A DNA stretch of 64,000 nucleotides, from positions 372,001 to 436,000 of the forward strand of contig NC_043006.1 in the NCBI RefSeq assembly GCF_006345805.1. The letters are read 5' to 3'. Shown here one piece after another: positions 1-12,583 of the stretch (the first letter of the stretch is position 1; every line of letters begins with the position of its first letter). Source of the DNA: Octopus sinensis. Lineage: Eukaryota. The notes beneath the pieces are model-generated. The model was not told the DNA's origin. It did not search any database and was given only the letters and a program-made list of their open reading frames with translations. A program made the position numbers and the translations under genes.

Positions 1-301
1 GGCCGACCAAAGCCTTGTGAGTGGATTTGGTAGACGGAAACTGAAAGAAGCCTGTCGTGTATATGTATATATATGTGTGTGTGTGTGTATGTGTTTGTGT
101 GTCTGTGTTTGTCCCCCCAACATTGCTTGGCAACTGATGCTAGTGTGTTTATGTCCCCGTCACTTAGCAGTTCGGCAAAAGAGACCGATAAAATAAGTAC
201 TGGGCTTACAAAGAATAAATCCCGAGGTCGATTTGCTCGACTAAAGGTGGTGCTCCAGCATGGCCACAGTCAAATGACTGAAACAAGTAAAAGAGTAAAG
301 A
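1..301 (+). mobile_element. tRNA-derived SINE family A, 5' end cut by window edge
   Basis: Same sequence as full copies at 42066, 48282 and 53533 (gaccaaagccttgtgagtggatttggtagacggaaactgaaagaagcc, internal TA/GT microsatellite, ...aaatgactgaaacaagtaaaagagtaaa). Confidence 0.85.
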
Positions 302-327
302 GTATATGTATGTGTGTGTGTGTGTAT

Positions 328-429
<102 letters not shown>

Positions 430-1018
430 TTACTTAACCAATCATTTCTATTTTAAATGACTACAATCTTGACTCCTTAGCATGGATATTATCTTGAGCA
501 GGTAGTTTTAACCTGAAAATTCATTGTAAAGATAAGAAATTCTTCATATTTTCAATAATTTGATATTTTGACTTTTAATCTAAGTAAAGAACTGTACAAT
601 TATTTTAATGCATTTTAAGAATGTATTTATTGGTTTCAAATTTTGGCAGAAGGCCAGCAGTTTTGGGGAAGGGCTGTGTTGACTAAATTGACCCCTGTGC
701 TTCACTGGTGCTTATCTTATTTACTCCAAAAGGGTGAAAGGTGAAGTTGACCTCGGCAGCATTTGAACCTAGAATGTAACAACCAACAAAGTCCTACTAA
801 GCATTTTGCTTGGTGTGCTCACAGTTCCAACTCACGACTTTCTCTGAATGTAACCTTACACATTATGAAACGCAGTGTGGGTCCTGTTTGCCATGCTGGA
901 GGGGAAGAAGGGCAAGACAACAGATGGAGTGGGGCAGCATTTAAAGGCTTTGCTCCAAAGATGCTGATATTTTAATCAAAATAAAACTGCAAAATATTTT
1001 TGTAAATTTTATTTACTT

Positions 1019-1053
<35 letters not shown>

Positions 1054-1335
1054 AATATATATACATACACAAATATATACACACACAAATATATATACAT
1101 ACACAAATATATATACATACACAAATATATACACACACAAATATATATACACACACAAATATATATACATACACAAATATATATACATACACAAATATAT
1201 ATACATACACAAATATATATACACACAAATATATATACATACACAAATATATACACACACACAAATATATATACACACAAATATATATACATACACAAAT
1301 ATATACACACACACAAATATATATACATACATATA
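1019..1335. repeat. Compound micro/minisatellite: (TC)n then ~16-20 bp cacaaatatatata(cata) units
   Basis: Directly visible tandem units. The overlapping YI/CV ORFs are artefacts of this repeat. Confidence 0.9.
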
Positions 1336-1413
1336 TGTGATATATACTAAACACTTTTGCTTTCAAAATATTATTGTTCACATAATGTGTATATAAATAT
1401 TAATAATATATAT

Positions 1414-1804
1414 TGTGTGGTAAGAAGCTTGCTTACCAACCACATGGTTCTAGGTTCAGTCCTACAGCATGGCACATCGGGCAAGTGTCTTCTACTATAG
1501 CCTCGGGCTGACCAAAGCCTTGCGAGTGGATTTGGTAGACGGAAACTGAAAGAAGCCCGTTGTATACACACACACACATATGTGCATGTGTGTGTATATG
1601 TTTGTGTTTGTCCCCCCGACCACCATCGTTTGACAACCAATGCTGGTGTGTTTACGGCCTTGTAACTTAGCTGTTCAGCAAAAGAGACTGATAGAATAAG
1701 TACTAGGCTTACAATGAATAAGTCCGGAAGTCGATTTGTTTGACTAAAACCCCTTAAGGCACTGCTCTAGCATGGCCGCAGTCAAATGACTGAAAGTAGT
1801 AAAA

Positions 1805-1808
<4 letters not shown>
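1414..1808 (+). mobile_element. SINE family A
   Basis: tRNA-like head (tgtgtggtaagaagc...ggttcagtcc, A/B-box-like), internal microsatellite, gtaaaagaata tail. Confidence 0.85.
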
Positions 1809-1842
<34 letters not shown>

Positions 1843-2094
1843 TATACTTTTTGGATATATATATATATAAAATTTCATTTCTTTCTTTCATCTTGGTCCA
1901 TGTTTCCATTATTACCCTTTTTGATACAAGCCCTTATTTTCTTTTCCAAGTAAAGGATAATATGTTTTACTGATTTCATCTATTTATCTATCTATCTATC
2001 TATTTGTCCCTGGGTGCATATATATGTACGTGTGTGTGTGTGTATATAGACCCAAATGTATGTATGCTGCTATATTCTTTTATATATATAAAAT

Positions 2095-2392
2095 ACAAAA
2101 TGGGACAAGAATGCAAAACATCCAGACAGTTAGGTGATACAAAAAAGGGGACAACAAAAGATCCAGATAGACGATACAAAGAAAACAAGGATGGGTTATT
2201 TGGAGTTTTCTTTCCTCAGTCGAGTTCCAGATTATCTTTGCAATTTCAGCTGGCTATACTAGAAATTGCTCCAATCTGGCCAGCCCCAAGGAAAAACTAA
2301 GCTAAGAGCATTAGATTCCTTGGAAGAAAGCCGCGAATGTATATGAAAACAAGGATTCCGTTTTTTTCAGTCCTTGTTTTCGTATACATTTG
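2095..2392. repeat. Unclassified interspersed repeat; second copy in opposite orientation at ~60080-60282
   Basis: ccagccccaaggaaaaactaag...agcattagatt here is the reverse complement of aatctaatgctc...cttagtttttccttggggctgg near 60190-60225. Ends in a short inverted repeat at 2337-2390. Confidence 0.6.
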
Positions 2393-2719
2393 CTGCTTAA
2401 ACAAATTCTGTCTGATCCCTGAAGGCATGGAAAAGTGGATGCTAAATGATGATGATGATGATGATCTAATCTTTAGATGCTTTAAATGCGTTAATCATCT
2501 TTATTTCTTCTGTTCTTGTCATGAATGTTCTTTTTGCTATTTTCTTATATAATAGAGTAGTTTCATCAGTATTAGATAATTGTTTTAAAGAATGGGAGAA
2601 CCTTCTCCAATTTCTTAACTAATTATGATACAAATTTCTGTATTGTTTGCTCTGCTTTCACCATGGAATTTCATATTATAAAGAATGCTTCAATTAATCC
2701 TTACATTATCATATTTCTG

Positions 2720-3085
2720 TGGAGGTGCGTGGCTTAGTGGTTAGGGTGTCAGCATCATGATCGTAAGATTGTGGTTTCGATTCTTGGACCGGGTGACGCA
2801 TTGTGTTCTTGAGCAAAACACTTCATTTCACGTTGCTCCAGTCCACTCAGCTGGCAAAAATGAGTAATGCTGCGATGGACTGGCATCCTGTCCAGTTGGG
2901 GAACACATACGCCATTGAAACTGGGCCCATGAGCCTAGTTAGGCTTGAAAAGGGTGCATTCATTTCATTCATTTTTGGCAGCTGAGTGGACTGGAGCATC
3001 CCGTCCAGCTGGGGAATATATACGCCATTGAAACCAGGAAACCGGACCAATGAGCCTGGCTAAGCTTTAAAAGGGTGCATTTATT
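2720..3085 (+). mobile_element. SINE family C (tRNA-derived), with a locally duplicated 3' part
   Basis: Head gaggtgcgtggcttagtggttagg...ggtttcgattc, core cttgagcaaaacacttcatttcacgttgctccagt. Related copies at 3548-3905 (-), 7163-7505, 41845-42060, 43138-43400, 44270-44772 (-), 45497-45775, 58853-59110, 59430-59740. Confidence 0.75.
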
Positions 3086-3119
3086 TTAATTTTTATCATA
3101 TTTCTGCTGAAAAACTCTG

Positions 3120-3410
3120 TTTTTGACTGTAGTAAAATGACTTTGTCATTAAGCTAGTTTTTGGAAAATAGATTAAAATAAAATTTTATGGAAGGTTTTA
3201 ATTCCAATCACTTTAACCCTTTCTGTGGAAATATACCGTTTGCTTTAATGAATTTTGAAAATAATGAAGAATTTAGTAAAAAGACTGGTGCTTTGACCAT
3301 AAATTGGCATAAAATTTTGATGGAAGGTTTTAATTTTGATCCCTTTAAAACAGGAAGTTTGTATCCTAGAACTTGGAGTAATCACAAGTGGTTTGTGCCA
3401 GAAAGGTTAA
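3120..3410. mobile_element. TTAA-flanked MITE-like relic (piggyBac-type ends)
   Basis: ttaaccctttct ... agaaaggttaa termini. Related AT-rich copies at ~35350-35470 and ~44844-45155. Confidence 0.45.
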
Positions 3411-4837
3411 AAAGATTTTCAAGCCATTCTTTGGTACCTGAAATTTTAGATTTTTAAAATTAGATATTTCATTCGTAATGTTGATTTCAGGAAAAATTTT
3501 TTTCATTGTACTGCAAAGTTATATTGCAATCTTACTGGGTTTTAAAAGGGTAAAGACCCCTCTAGTCGCAATGACCATGGGATTACACCTAGAAAGTTAC
3601 CCTCCGAGGTCCAAGTCTGGGCCGAGTCCAAGTCTGGGCAAGGTTGTTTATGGAAGACTAGCAGTCACCCATGTATATTAGCCTCCCCTCTTAACACCAC
3701 CGATGGTATCCAGTGGAAAGGCAAAGGGGCTGATACAGTTTGGCACCAGTGATGTCACAACTCATTTCTACAGCTGAGTGAACTGGAGCAACGTGAAATA
3801 AAGTGTCTTGCTCAAGAACACAACACACAGCCTGGCCCGAGAATGGAATTCCCTACCACATGGTTGTGACCCTGACACTCTAACCATTGAGCCATGTGCC
3901 TTCACTTCTGGGTTTTATCTCCTATCCAAATTATAGAGATTTTCTCAGTTTCCATAATGACACTATGTATATATGATGTATGCATTGGATTTATTCAAGG
4001 CCTCACAATTATGCTGGCTCTAATTTAATTTTTCTTCGTTTCTCTTAATTGTTAACAGGTGCTCCATTTATAATAAACCACTTTGTAGTTTCTGTCAAAC
4101 ATTTTCAACGTTAATTTGATATTTTAATTCTCGTTTCTATAGAAATTGAATTTCAAGTCCATTTTGGATTTGACATGTGAAACTCAGTTATTCAGTCTTA
4201 AAAATATTCAACAAAATATATATGAAAATAAATCCAACTCAAGTGCTTCTTTAGTGTGTGGTATACTCTGCCATCATCTTCATCGCCATCATTATTATCA
4301 CTACCACCACCATTACCACCGCTGCCGCCGTGACCATGACCACCGCTGCCATGATGATGACGATGACCACCACCATCATCGTCATCAACATTTACTGTGT
4401 CACACGTTTTCAACTCTGCTGACATTACCCTAGGATTGACCAGTTGCATTTTAGTTTTGGTCAAATCAAAATCCTCAGGAAAAAGCAATAAATGAATAAT
4501 GCTTTCAGACATTAAGTTAGACCGGACACCAGAAAAAAAAAAATGACCTCTCAAGGAAATCAGCCAAATGGAACACTAGCCAGGTAGAAGCAATGCATTG
4601 TTTGGAAACAGGTGTGGATTGGCTAAGAAAAGGGAATCTGGCTGTAAAACTCTGCCTGAATAAACTCCGTCCAACACATGCAAGTATAGAAAAGTGCACA
4701 TTAAGATGATGATGTTGAGATGATTATATATATGTGTATATATATGTATTTGTACGTTTATGTGTATATAACATTTATTTGCAAAACAAATACATAAATA
4801 TATATATATAATTTAATAGACACAGTACATGTTTTTA

Positions 4838-4924
4838 TGTGCTACTACTAGTTTCATGTGCTGAGAACATGCCAAACAATGTTCTGTAACACACCTGACA
4901 ATTTGGCACAGTCATTAGGCACAG
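4838..4924 (-). ncRNA. Degenerate type I hammerhead-ribozyme-like motif
   Basis: Minus strand: tgtgc-CTAATGA-c-tgtgc...gcaca-t-GAAAC-TA-GTA-(gta)-gcaca. Stems I and II pair; core has G5A. Confidence 0.45.
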
Positions 4925-5441
4925 CCCACATGGCATAACAAACTAGACATTGAGAGAACAAGCAAGAAAAGGCGAGAAGGAAGTATATAGAAAAAGTGAA
5001 AGGTTAAAAAACCAGAAAGTTATCAGAAAGAAGCAAAATGGGTGTGCCTATTAGATAAGATTTATCTCTCACCAGGTGGAGTACTTCGTTTGTTGATCTT
5101 ACAACCATGGAACAATACATTTTATGTAGATATATATATCCCTGATGTGTTTGGTGATATGATATGCTTCAGAAGACCTGTTGAGTCAAGTAAAACTAAT
5201 ATTGTAGCTATGGGCAGTGCCCGCTGACTGGCCCCCGTGCTGCTGGCATGTAAAATACACCATCTGAACGTGGTCAATGCTAGGTCTGCCTAACTGGCTC
5301 CCATGCTGGTGGCACATAAAAAGCCCCATCCAAACAAGGCCAATGCCAGTACCCCCTGAATGGGTCTCGTGCCGGGTACGTAAAAAGCTCTATCTGAATG
5401 TAATCAATGCCAGAACAGCCTGACAGGTCCTCATGCTGGTT

Positions 5442-5488
<47 letters not shown>

Positions 5489-6016
5489 AAATAAGAAAAT
5501 GGAGAAATACATCTAAATCATTCATCAACTACCAGATAATACCCAATCACATACTTTATTAAACCACTACATAAGAACATTAGGGTTAAACATAAAAATA
5601 TATAACAAAACAGCAGCGTACATGAATGAGTAATAGAATACAATAAGTACAATAATTATAAGAGGATATAAATAAATAAATATAAATATACACTATATCT
5701 TAGAGCTGTTTCGGCCTTGCAGATAGATATGTCTCATTTTACCTATATTAGCCATGTACAGTATGTCAATATGAAGTTAAAAATGAGACATTTACAAAGA
5801 TATAAGTGTGGGTACATACCCATAATAAATCATTTACATATATATATGAGTGCATATACTCATACTCTTATACATACACATATACATATACATAATAATA
5901 CAAATAATATAAATCAATAAAATATATATATGTTCCATATTCAATGTTTTTCAACTTAATATTAAGATATTACAATGTAGAGAACATAGACATATATATA
6001 TATATAGATAGATATA

Positions 6017-6580
6017 AACGGTGTTCAATCTAAATTTGGCAGTTTGTATAAAAGGGAAAGAAAATATATCCCATCCAAAATTAAAAGTATTTTAAAAAGT
6101 CAAAAACTATCAATTAGATTATGGCTGGGAGATGAGTTTTCTCAAAGTAGCCACCCCCAGCTCCCACTACGACCTTAAGGGGGCTCTGGTATCTGGTGGA
6201 TGCATTTCTCACTCTGTCACTGGGAAAGTCTTGGTGTTGCAGGCAGAGCAGTTGGTGTCTTTGGCAATTACACCCCACAAATGGCAATCCAGGGAATTAC
6301 AATCCAGGGAATTACAAAGCCAGAATTTGGGACTGATGAAGTTGTAGAAATTCTCAACAACCACTTTTGGTTCTTTCCATATGGCAAGGAGCTGAACCCT
6401 GCTGCCACACACATGGCCTTCCAGCAGTAATCCTCTCCATCCAGGCAGAGTTTGACCAGTCTTTAATAGCTTCACATAATCTCCTAAATTGTGTCTAAAG
6501 CCCTGTTCAAGGATATGGGGATGAATTTTCAAGCTTGTCTACATGCCAGGACATATATTAAGGGCTCTTTTTGATGTCCA
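6017..6580 (-). mobile_element. Tc1/mariner-superfamily (maT/DD37D-like) transposon, degraded 3' fragment
   Basis: Minus-strand translation PHILEQG...ENFYNFISPKFW...NSLDC..LWGVIAKDTN.SACNTK...AGGGYFEK resembles the transposase C-terminus (WPPNSPD.NP.DY motif). Frameshifted. Confidence 0.65.
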
Positions 6581-7162
6581 TCTACGAAATCCACTCACAG
6601 AGCTTTGGTTGACCTGGGGCTGATTCCAGAACCATGTAATTATGGAGGAAATATATTAACCACATAGCTGTGCCTGTGACTGGAACTCGATAAATATACA
6701 TAATTAAAGCATAGTTTTAATGATGTTTATATTCCGTTGTTGTTCTGGTTTCTACTTGTTTTCATTTTCAAGTTGATGGTTGTAATATAATCACTCAAAT
6801 ATTTGTTATTTATGTAATTGTAGACTGCTGGTATTAAACTTCAAATTTCTGTTAAATTACACCATATTTCTGAGAATTACTGCATAGGAAATTAGAAATG
6901 ATCTATTGGATTATCCCATAAACTTTAAAAAATACCTGGGATTAGACATTTTTATACAGACACTGCAACAAAACTATTATTCTGTTTGTTCCTCATTGTT
7001 ATTTTGTATCTCTTTGTTGACTATACACGTATGTTGTGACAGACACAAAAATATCCTTGGTACAACTTGTTGACATCTACAAAGTAGAACAACCCAACTT
7101 TAAAATAAAACGGATGTTCATCAAAAAATGCTTTTTACATCTACAGTATTGGTTATTGCTGT

Positions 7163-7505
7163 GAAGGTGCATGGCTCAGTGGTTAGAGTGTCAAGCTTAC
7201 AATCGTGAGGTTGTGAGTTCGATTCCCGGACCGGGCTGTGCATGTAGTGCTCTTGAGTAAGACACTTTATTTCACGTTGCTCCAGTTCACTCAGCTGTAG
7301 AAATGAGTTGTGACATCACTGGTGCCAAGCTGTATCGGCCCCTTTGCCTTTCCCTTGGATAACATCAGTGGTGTGAAGAGGGGGAGGGGACGGTATGCAT
7401 GGGAGACTGTTGGCCTTCCATAAACAACCTTGCCCGGACATGTACCTCGGAGAGTAACTTTCTAGGTGCAATCCGATGGTCATTCTTGACCGAAGGGGGT
7501 CTCCC
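7163..7505 (+). mobile_element. SINE family C
   Basis: tggctcagtggttagagtg...gagttcgattccc tRNA-like A/B boxes followed by the family core and tail. Confidence 0.8.
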
Positions 7506-7869
7506 CATTGGTTATTGATGTTAACTGATAATAATAATTCTTTCTAATTTTGGTACAAGGTCAGCAATTTTATGTATAGACTGCATTCTGGGAATTTTGA
7601 TCAGAAACAGCTGTTAGCTTTGTTATGTCTTGCTTTGTATCAATAAACAAGCTTTAAAAGTGGTCCTATTCATGTCCTGGTTAATCCATGTTTTTTCTCC
7701 ATTTTCTAATTATTTGCATTGATTCCTGATAAAATATTGTTTACCCATTTGTCACCTGCGCTTGACATTTATGGTGCCCCTGCACACCATTGCCTGGGGA
7801 TAACACAGGTAACGGATACTGATAGTACATACGGATATTTTATCCCTTAGTTGGTTATTACAACTGCTA

Positions 7870-7938
<69 letters not shown>

Positions 7939-8112
7939 CATCCCCAGACACAACAGAATATACATACATACATATATATATATATACACACACATATATA
8001 TATATATATATATTTCATCCCCAGACACAACAGAATATACATATGTATATATATACATACATACATACATACATATATATGTATGTATATATATATATAT
8101 ATAAATAGATGA

Positions 8113-8797
8113 GTGTATTTTTACCTTAACATTGAGGCTATGAAAATCATGGAGAAATATAACCTACAAATGAAGACAGAACCATTTGTTCCTAAGCAAC
8201 CTCGGTTCATTTTGAAGGATCACAAACCAAATTTTTTTACTTACCCATCATTAAGGCTTATCTGCTATTCTAGCTCTGACATCGGTATCCTTAGTAAAAA
8301 GATACTAGATAAATATATTCCTAATTTAATCAAAACATTAAAACTTAGTTTATGGACTAATTCATTTGAAGTAGTTGACTGGTTTAGGTCTATTAACAGT
8401 AAGGTGAGTACAAAGTTTATCCAGTTTGATATTTCCAATTTTTATTTGTCTATTAATCCAATAGTACTTAATAAGGCACTTTGGCTTGCTCATAACAAAG
8501 CTGGTCTCACCCGAGAAGAAATTAATGTTGTGTTGGCAGCCAGAAGATCTATTATTAAATTTGATGATAAGTTGTGGGTCCGTAAAGACACACCAGATAC
8601 TTTCGATATACCAATGGGAAGTTCTGATTCAGCACAGATAGCTGATTTGGTCTGTATATATATTCTTTTTGAAATGGCTGAAGAGTTCCCTAACACTTAT
8701 GAAGGTCTATATCATGATGATTGTTTACTTTACCTCCAAAATGTTTCCAACCAAAAGGTACAAAAAGTTAAGAATAGTTTAGTTAATTTTTTCAGTA
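8113..8797 (+). CDS. Penelope-like RT, N-terminal part (only the first ~228 codons of the 497-aa ORF)
   Basis: PLE RT motifs up to ...KNSLVNFFS; beyond 8797 the ORF reads into the inserted LINE. Confidence 0.8.
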
Positions 8798-11194
8798 CAA
8801 CATCTTCCCGGTTCGGCCAGGCCCTTCTTGACGTGGCTGAAGATTGTTTTCTATCGCAACATGTTGAATATCCGACAAGGCATCGGTCTGGGCAGCAGCC
8901 ATATATGCTAGATCTGGTATTCTCCCGCTATCCAAGATCAGTGTCAGACGTATCTGTGTGCGCCCCTCTTGCCAAGAGTGATCATGCGGTCCTGAAGTTC
9001 GTCATGCACACAACTTTTTCCATGCCCACGATTACTTCGCTGCCACGTAGAGTCTTCTCTGCAATTAATCTTGAAATTCTAACCGAGGCTTCTGCGCTTC
9101 TGGACTGGCGTTCCCTGATGACGTTGTCCTCAGTTGACGAACTATGGTCATCCCTCAAAGCATATGTAATCTGTTTGACTGACCAGGCAGTTCCCGTTGG
9201 ACTTCCCAAGAGGAAGAAACACAAGCCCTGGGTGACGAAGAAGGTTAAACGAGAACGTCGACTCAGAGATATTGCTTGGGCTGAATTCAAAAATCTGGAT
9301 TCGACTGCAGCTTTTGAGGTGTACAAAACTCAACGAGACCGAGCCGTGAAAATTGAAAAGAAAGAACGCTTCAGTTATGAATACAAAATCGCGGCAAATG
9401 CCAGTAGCAATCCAAAAACCTTCTTTGCCCATGTCCAGCGGAATTCCCGCTTGAACAACCAGATTGCAACGTTGGTAGACTCAACAGGCGTATCGATTGA
9501 GGACCCTTATCAACAGAGTCAAAGGCTTTTTCAACTATTTTCAAACAAGATGATGGTCGTGAACCCCCTCCATTTGATAGATCGGTACCTCCAATGCTTC
9601 GATTGATCATCACGCGGGACGAAGTCAAACGTGTTATTCAAGGCCTCGATGTCAACAAGGGTCACGGCCCTGACGGCATACACCCACGGGTTATCAAAGC
9701 GTTGGCTCCGGTCATCTGCGAGCCCTTAACACGACTATTCAATATGTCATTGGCGACGGGTGTTATACCTGCAGACTGGAGAACAGCGATAATCTGCCCA
9801 ATTTTCAAGAAAGGGAGCCGCGAAGACCCGCTTAACTAACTACGACCGGTTTCCCTTACATCTCAATAATCAGCAAGATGTTCGAAACCATCCTTAAGAA
9901 AAGTATGATGCTCCACCTCCTAAACACAGCCTCGATCACTGATCCCAACACGGCTTCGTGCCGAAGAGATCATGCTTGACCAACTTACTAGTAATGGAAG
10001 AATTGGTGACGCGCATCCTCGATGATAGTGATGCTGTTGACATCGTTTTATTGGACTTTGCCAAAGCTTTTGACTCGGTAAACCACCGCCTACTACTTGT
10101 CAAGCTTCAAGCATATAGTTTCCATCCGGAGATTGTACGATGGGTTGGTGCCTTCCTCTCAGATCGCTCCTTCCAAGTCCAAGTTAATGGTTCGCGGTCC
10201 GACGTCTCCAGTGCGAGCAGTGGCGTGCCTCAAGGTTCAGTGCTTGGGCCCTTGTTGTTCTTAGTCTTCATAAATGACTTGCCCGACGACCTCACGCAAC
10301 ACACCCTTCTATTTGCCGACGATATCAAACTGGTCGCTCCTCGCGGTAGTATAGAGGATCTTCGTCGATGCCTCCACCAAATTTGGAAGTGGTCTAACGA
10401 TTGGGACCTGTGTCTGAACGTGTCAAAGTGCTGTCATCTGCCTGTCGGCTCTACTCCTGCAACTCAACTTGATTTCGAGCCGGGTCGTCTGCTGCTGGAG
10501 AGGACCGATCAGGTAAAGGACCTGGGTATCTTGGTGGATTCCTCCTTTTCGCCTTTGGCCCAGTGCGTCCATGCTGCCAACAAAGCGCACGGAGTTCTGT
10601 TTTTGATTCGACGGTCATTCGGAATGCTCACAGCAGCCATATTCCTACCACTCTATGTCACGCTGGTGAGACCCATATTGGAGTATGGGATTCAAGCCTC
10701 TTCTCCTTATCTCCTCAAAGACATACAGCACCTCGAAAGAGTCCAGAGGCTGGCTACCCACATGGTTCATGGTCTCAAAAATTTGTCCTACGAAGAAAGG
10801 CTGAGGACGCTCGACCTTTGTTCTCTTGAAAAACGCCGCCGCCGTGGTGATCTCATTCTCGCCCACAACATCATAAGCGGGAAGTGTAACCTCTCCAAAG
10901 AGCTGTTCTTCACTCCTGCTCCGGAGCGTCGGCTGCGGGGTCATTCCGAAAAGCTCTACCTGCGACGATTTCATCTCAATCGAAGGAGAGGAGCTTTCTC
11001 CGTCCGGGTTGCGGATCCGTGGAACAAGCTGCCAGACGAGATGGTGAAGATGCCGACGACCGCTTTGTTCAAAGCCTCCCTGAACCTCAAGTGGCCTGAA
11101 CTCTTTACATGAACACCACCCTGTACTTAACTCCATGTCCCCCTACATGGCCTTGCTATTTGCTTTTGAGCCAAATTAACTAACTAACTAACTA
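8798..11194 (+). mobile_element. 5'-truncated CR1-group LINE (APE C-terminus + RT), frameshifted, (TAAC)n tail
   Basis: LDLVF...SDH APE end; KGHGPDGI; LDFAKAFDSV, GVPQGSVLGP, LFADD, KDLG, RPILEY, WNKLP. Tail taactaactaacta. AGTA duplicated at 8794-8797 and 11195-11198. Confidence 0.88.
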
Positions 11195-11198
11195 AGTA

Positions 11199-12382
11199 GA
11201 ATGGGCTTAAAAATCGTTTTTGATGACGATCTGACGAAGGCCAACTTTTTAGATATTACGCTTAATTTACACAGTGACTCTTACTTCCCATATCATAAAC
11301 TGTTGACCAATCTTAAGTACATTAGCAAATTTAGTAATCATCCTGGAGCAATTACTAAGAATTTAGTTAAGAATATTTCATTTAGATTATCTAAATTATC
11401 TGCTAATGTTGATATTTTCAATAATAACGCTGAATTCTATAACTCTATCTTAATCAAAGCAGGTTATACAGAAAAAATTTTCTACATTGATTCTGCTCAG
11501 TCTAATTGTAAATTCAATGATGTAGATAAGATTTCTAGTCGTAAAAGAATTATTGATAACAAACATAACTTACGCACCGATACAAAGCGAATGAAGGCAG
11601 ATAACCCTTATTTAATCCCCTATTATAGATCTAAAAGTAAATATAACACCTTCAAAAGTAATTACGCTATGAATACTAGTAAAAATATTTGGTTAATAAT
11701 CCCTTATGAGAGACAAATTAAATCTAATCTCCCACTGCTGTTTCGTCAAGCTATTGCTAGGAATTTTCCAAACAATTCTAGATATTACTCTATAATTAAT
11801 TCACATAAGGTTAGGATAGGTTTTTCAAACACAAAAAATCTCTTGCAAATTATATCTTCTCATAATAACAAACTGTTAAATATTAATACATTTACCAATA
11901 CTAACATTAATTTAGCTAATACCATCCAACCCTCTAGAAATATTAATAACAAGGTTATTGTATCTGAAGTCAATTCCAATAGAATTAAGTTTATGTCAAG
12001 TAACTCTAAGGTTAAAAATTCTATATACCAGTGTATAATCAGTACTCGTAATAAAGTACGATTTTACATTGGAAGCACATCGTTAGAGTTATCTAAAAGA
12101 ATTTCTATCCATTACTCAACATTTAGGGATAGAAATAAATGGAATAGTACCGGTCTCAGCAAACTGATTTGGGATTTAAAAGACCACAATGAACAATTTC
12201 ATTTAGAATGGTTGATCCTCTCAATTTCGATACCATATGACAAAGGCAAGAAATTCTGTCTTCTCTGCAATTCTGAGCTATTTTTCATTATTTTTTCTAA
12301 AAATACTCTAGTAAACACGGTTATAGAACGAGCATACAGATGTAGGCATTGGCAAAAACATACATTTAGTGCATATAAGTAG
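11199..12382 (+). CDS. Penelope-like RT thumb + GIY-YIG endonuclease, C-terminal part
   Basis: 393-aa open frame with NFLDITL, YISKFSNHP, YIGSTS, R.S.H, C..C..E. In frame with 8113-8797 once the insertion is removed. Confidence 0.85.
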
Positions 12383-12583
12383 TCTCTATCATTATATATA
12401 GTTTAGACTTTAATTTCCTTTATATTTAACATTCACTATTAATATCCCTACTCTTTCTGTAAGCTACTTATGACGTTATATCATATAACGTTTTTTTAAA
12501 CAATATTAATAGCGTTCTGTCTATCGCTATACAAATCCATCATTTTTTGCTAAAATGTCGTATTGACGAGTTTCGTTTTTTTC

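Noticed and set aside
4143-4260. Possible host exon (tag|KLNFKSILD...VC|gtatac)
   Set aside because: Weak donor, no recognisable protein, no partner exons; needs RNA-seq.
5693-5808. Minus-strand hammerhead-like half (GAAAC-AGCT-CTA with tatatct/agatata stem)
   Set aside because: The CUGANGA core is missing; at most a dead relic.
2720-7240. tRNA-like sequences (for example 2720-2795 and 7163-7235) as tRNA genes
   Set aside because: They are SINE heads that continue into family cores; no intact acceptor stem.
8113-9606. 497-aa ORF as a novel RT-APE fusion gene
   Set aside because: Chance in-frame read-through from the PLE into an inserted LINE; the TSD marks the junction.
12466-12492. SECIS element in the PLE 3' UTR
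   Set aside because: Only a simple acgttata/tataacgt hairpin, no GA quartet geometry, and the ORF has no in-frame UGA.
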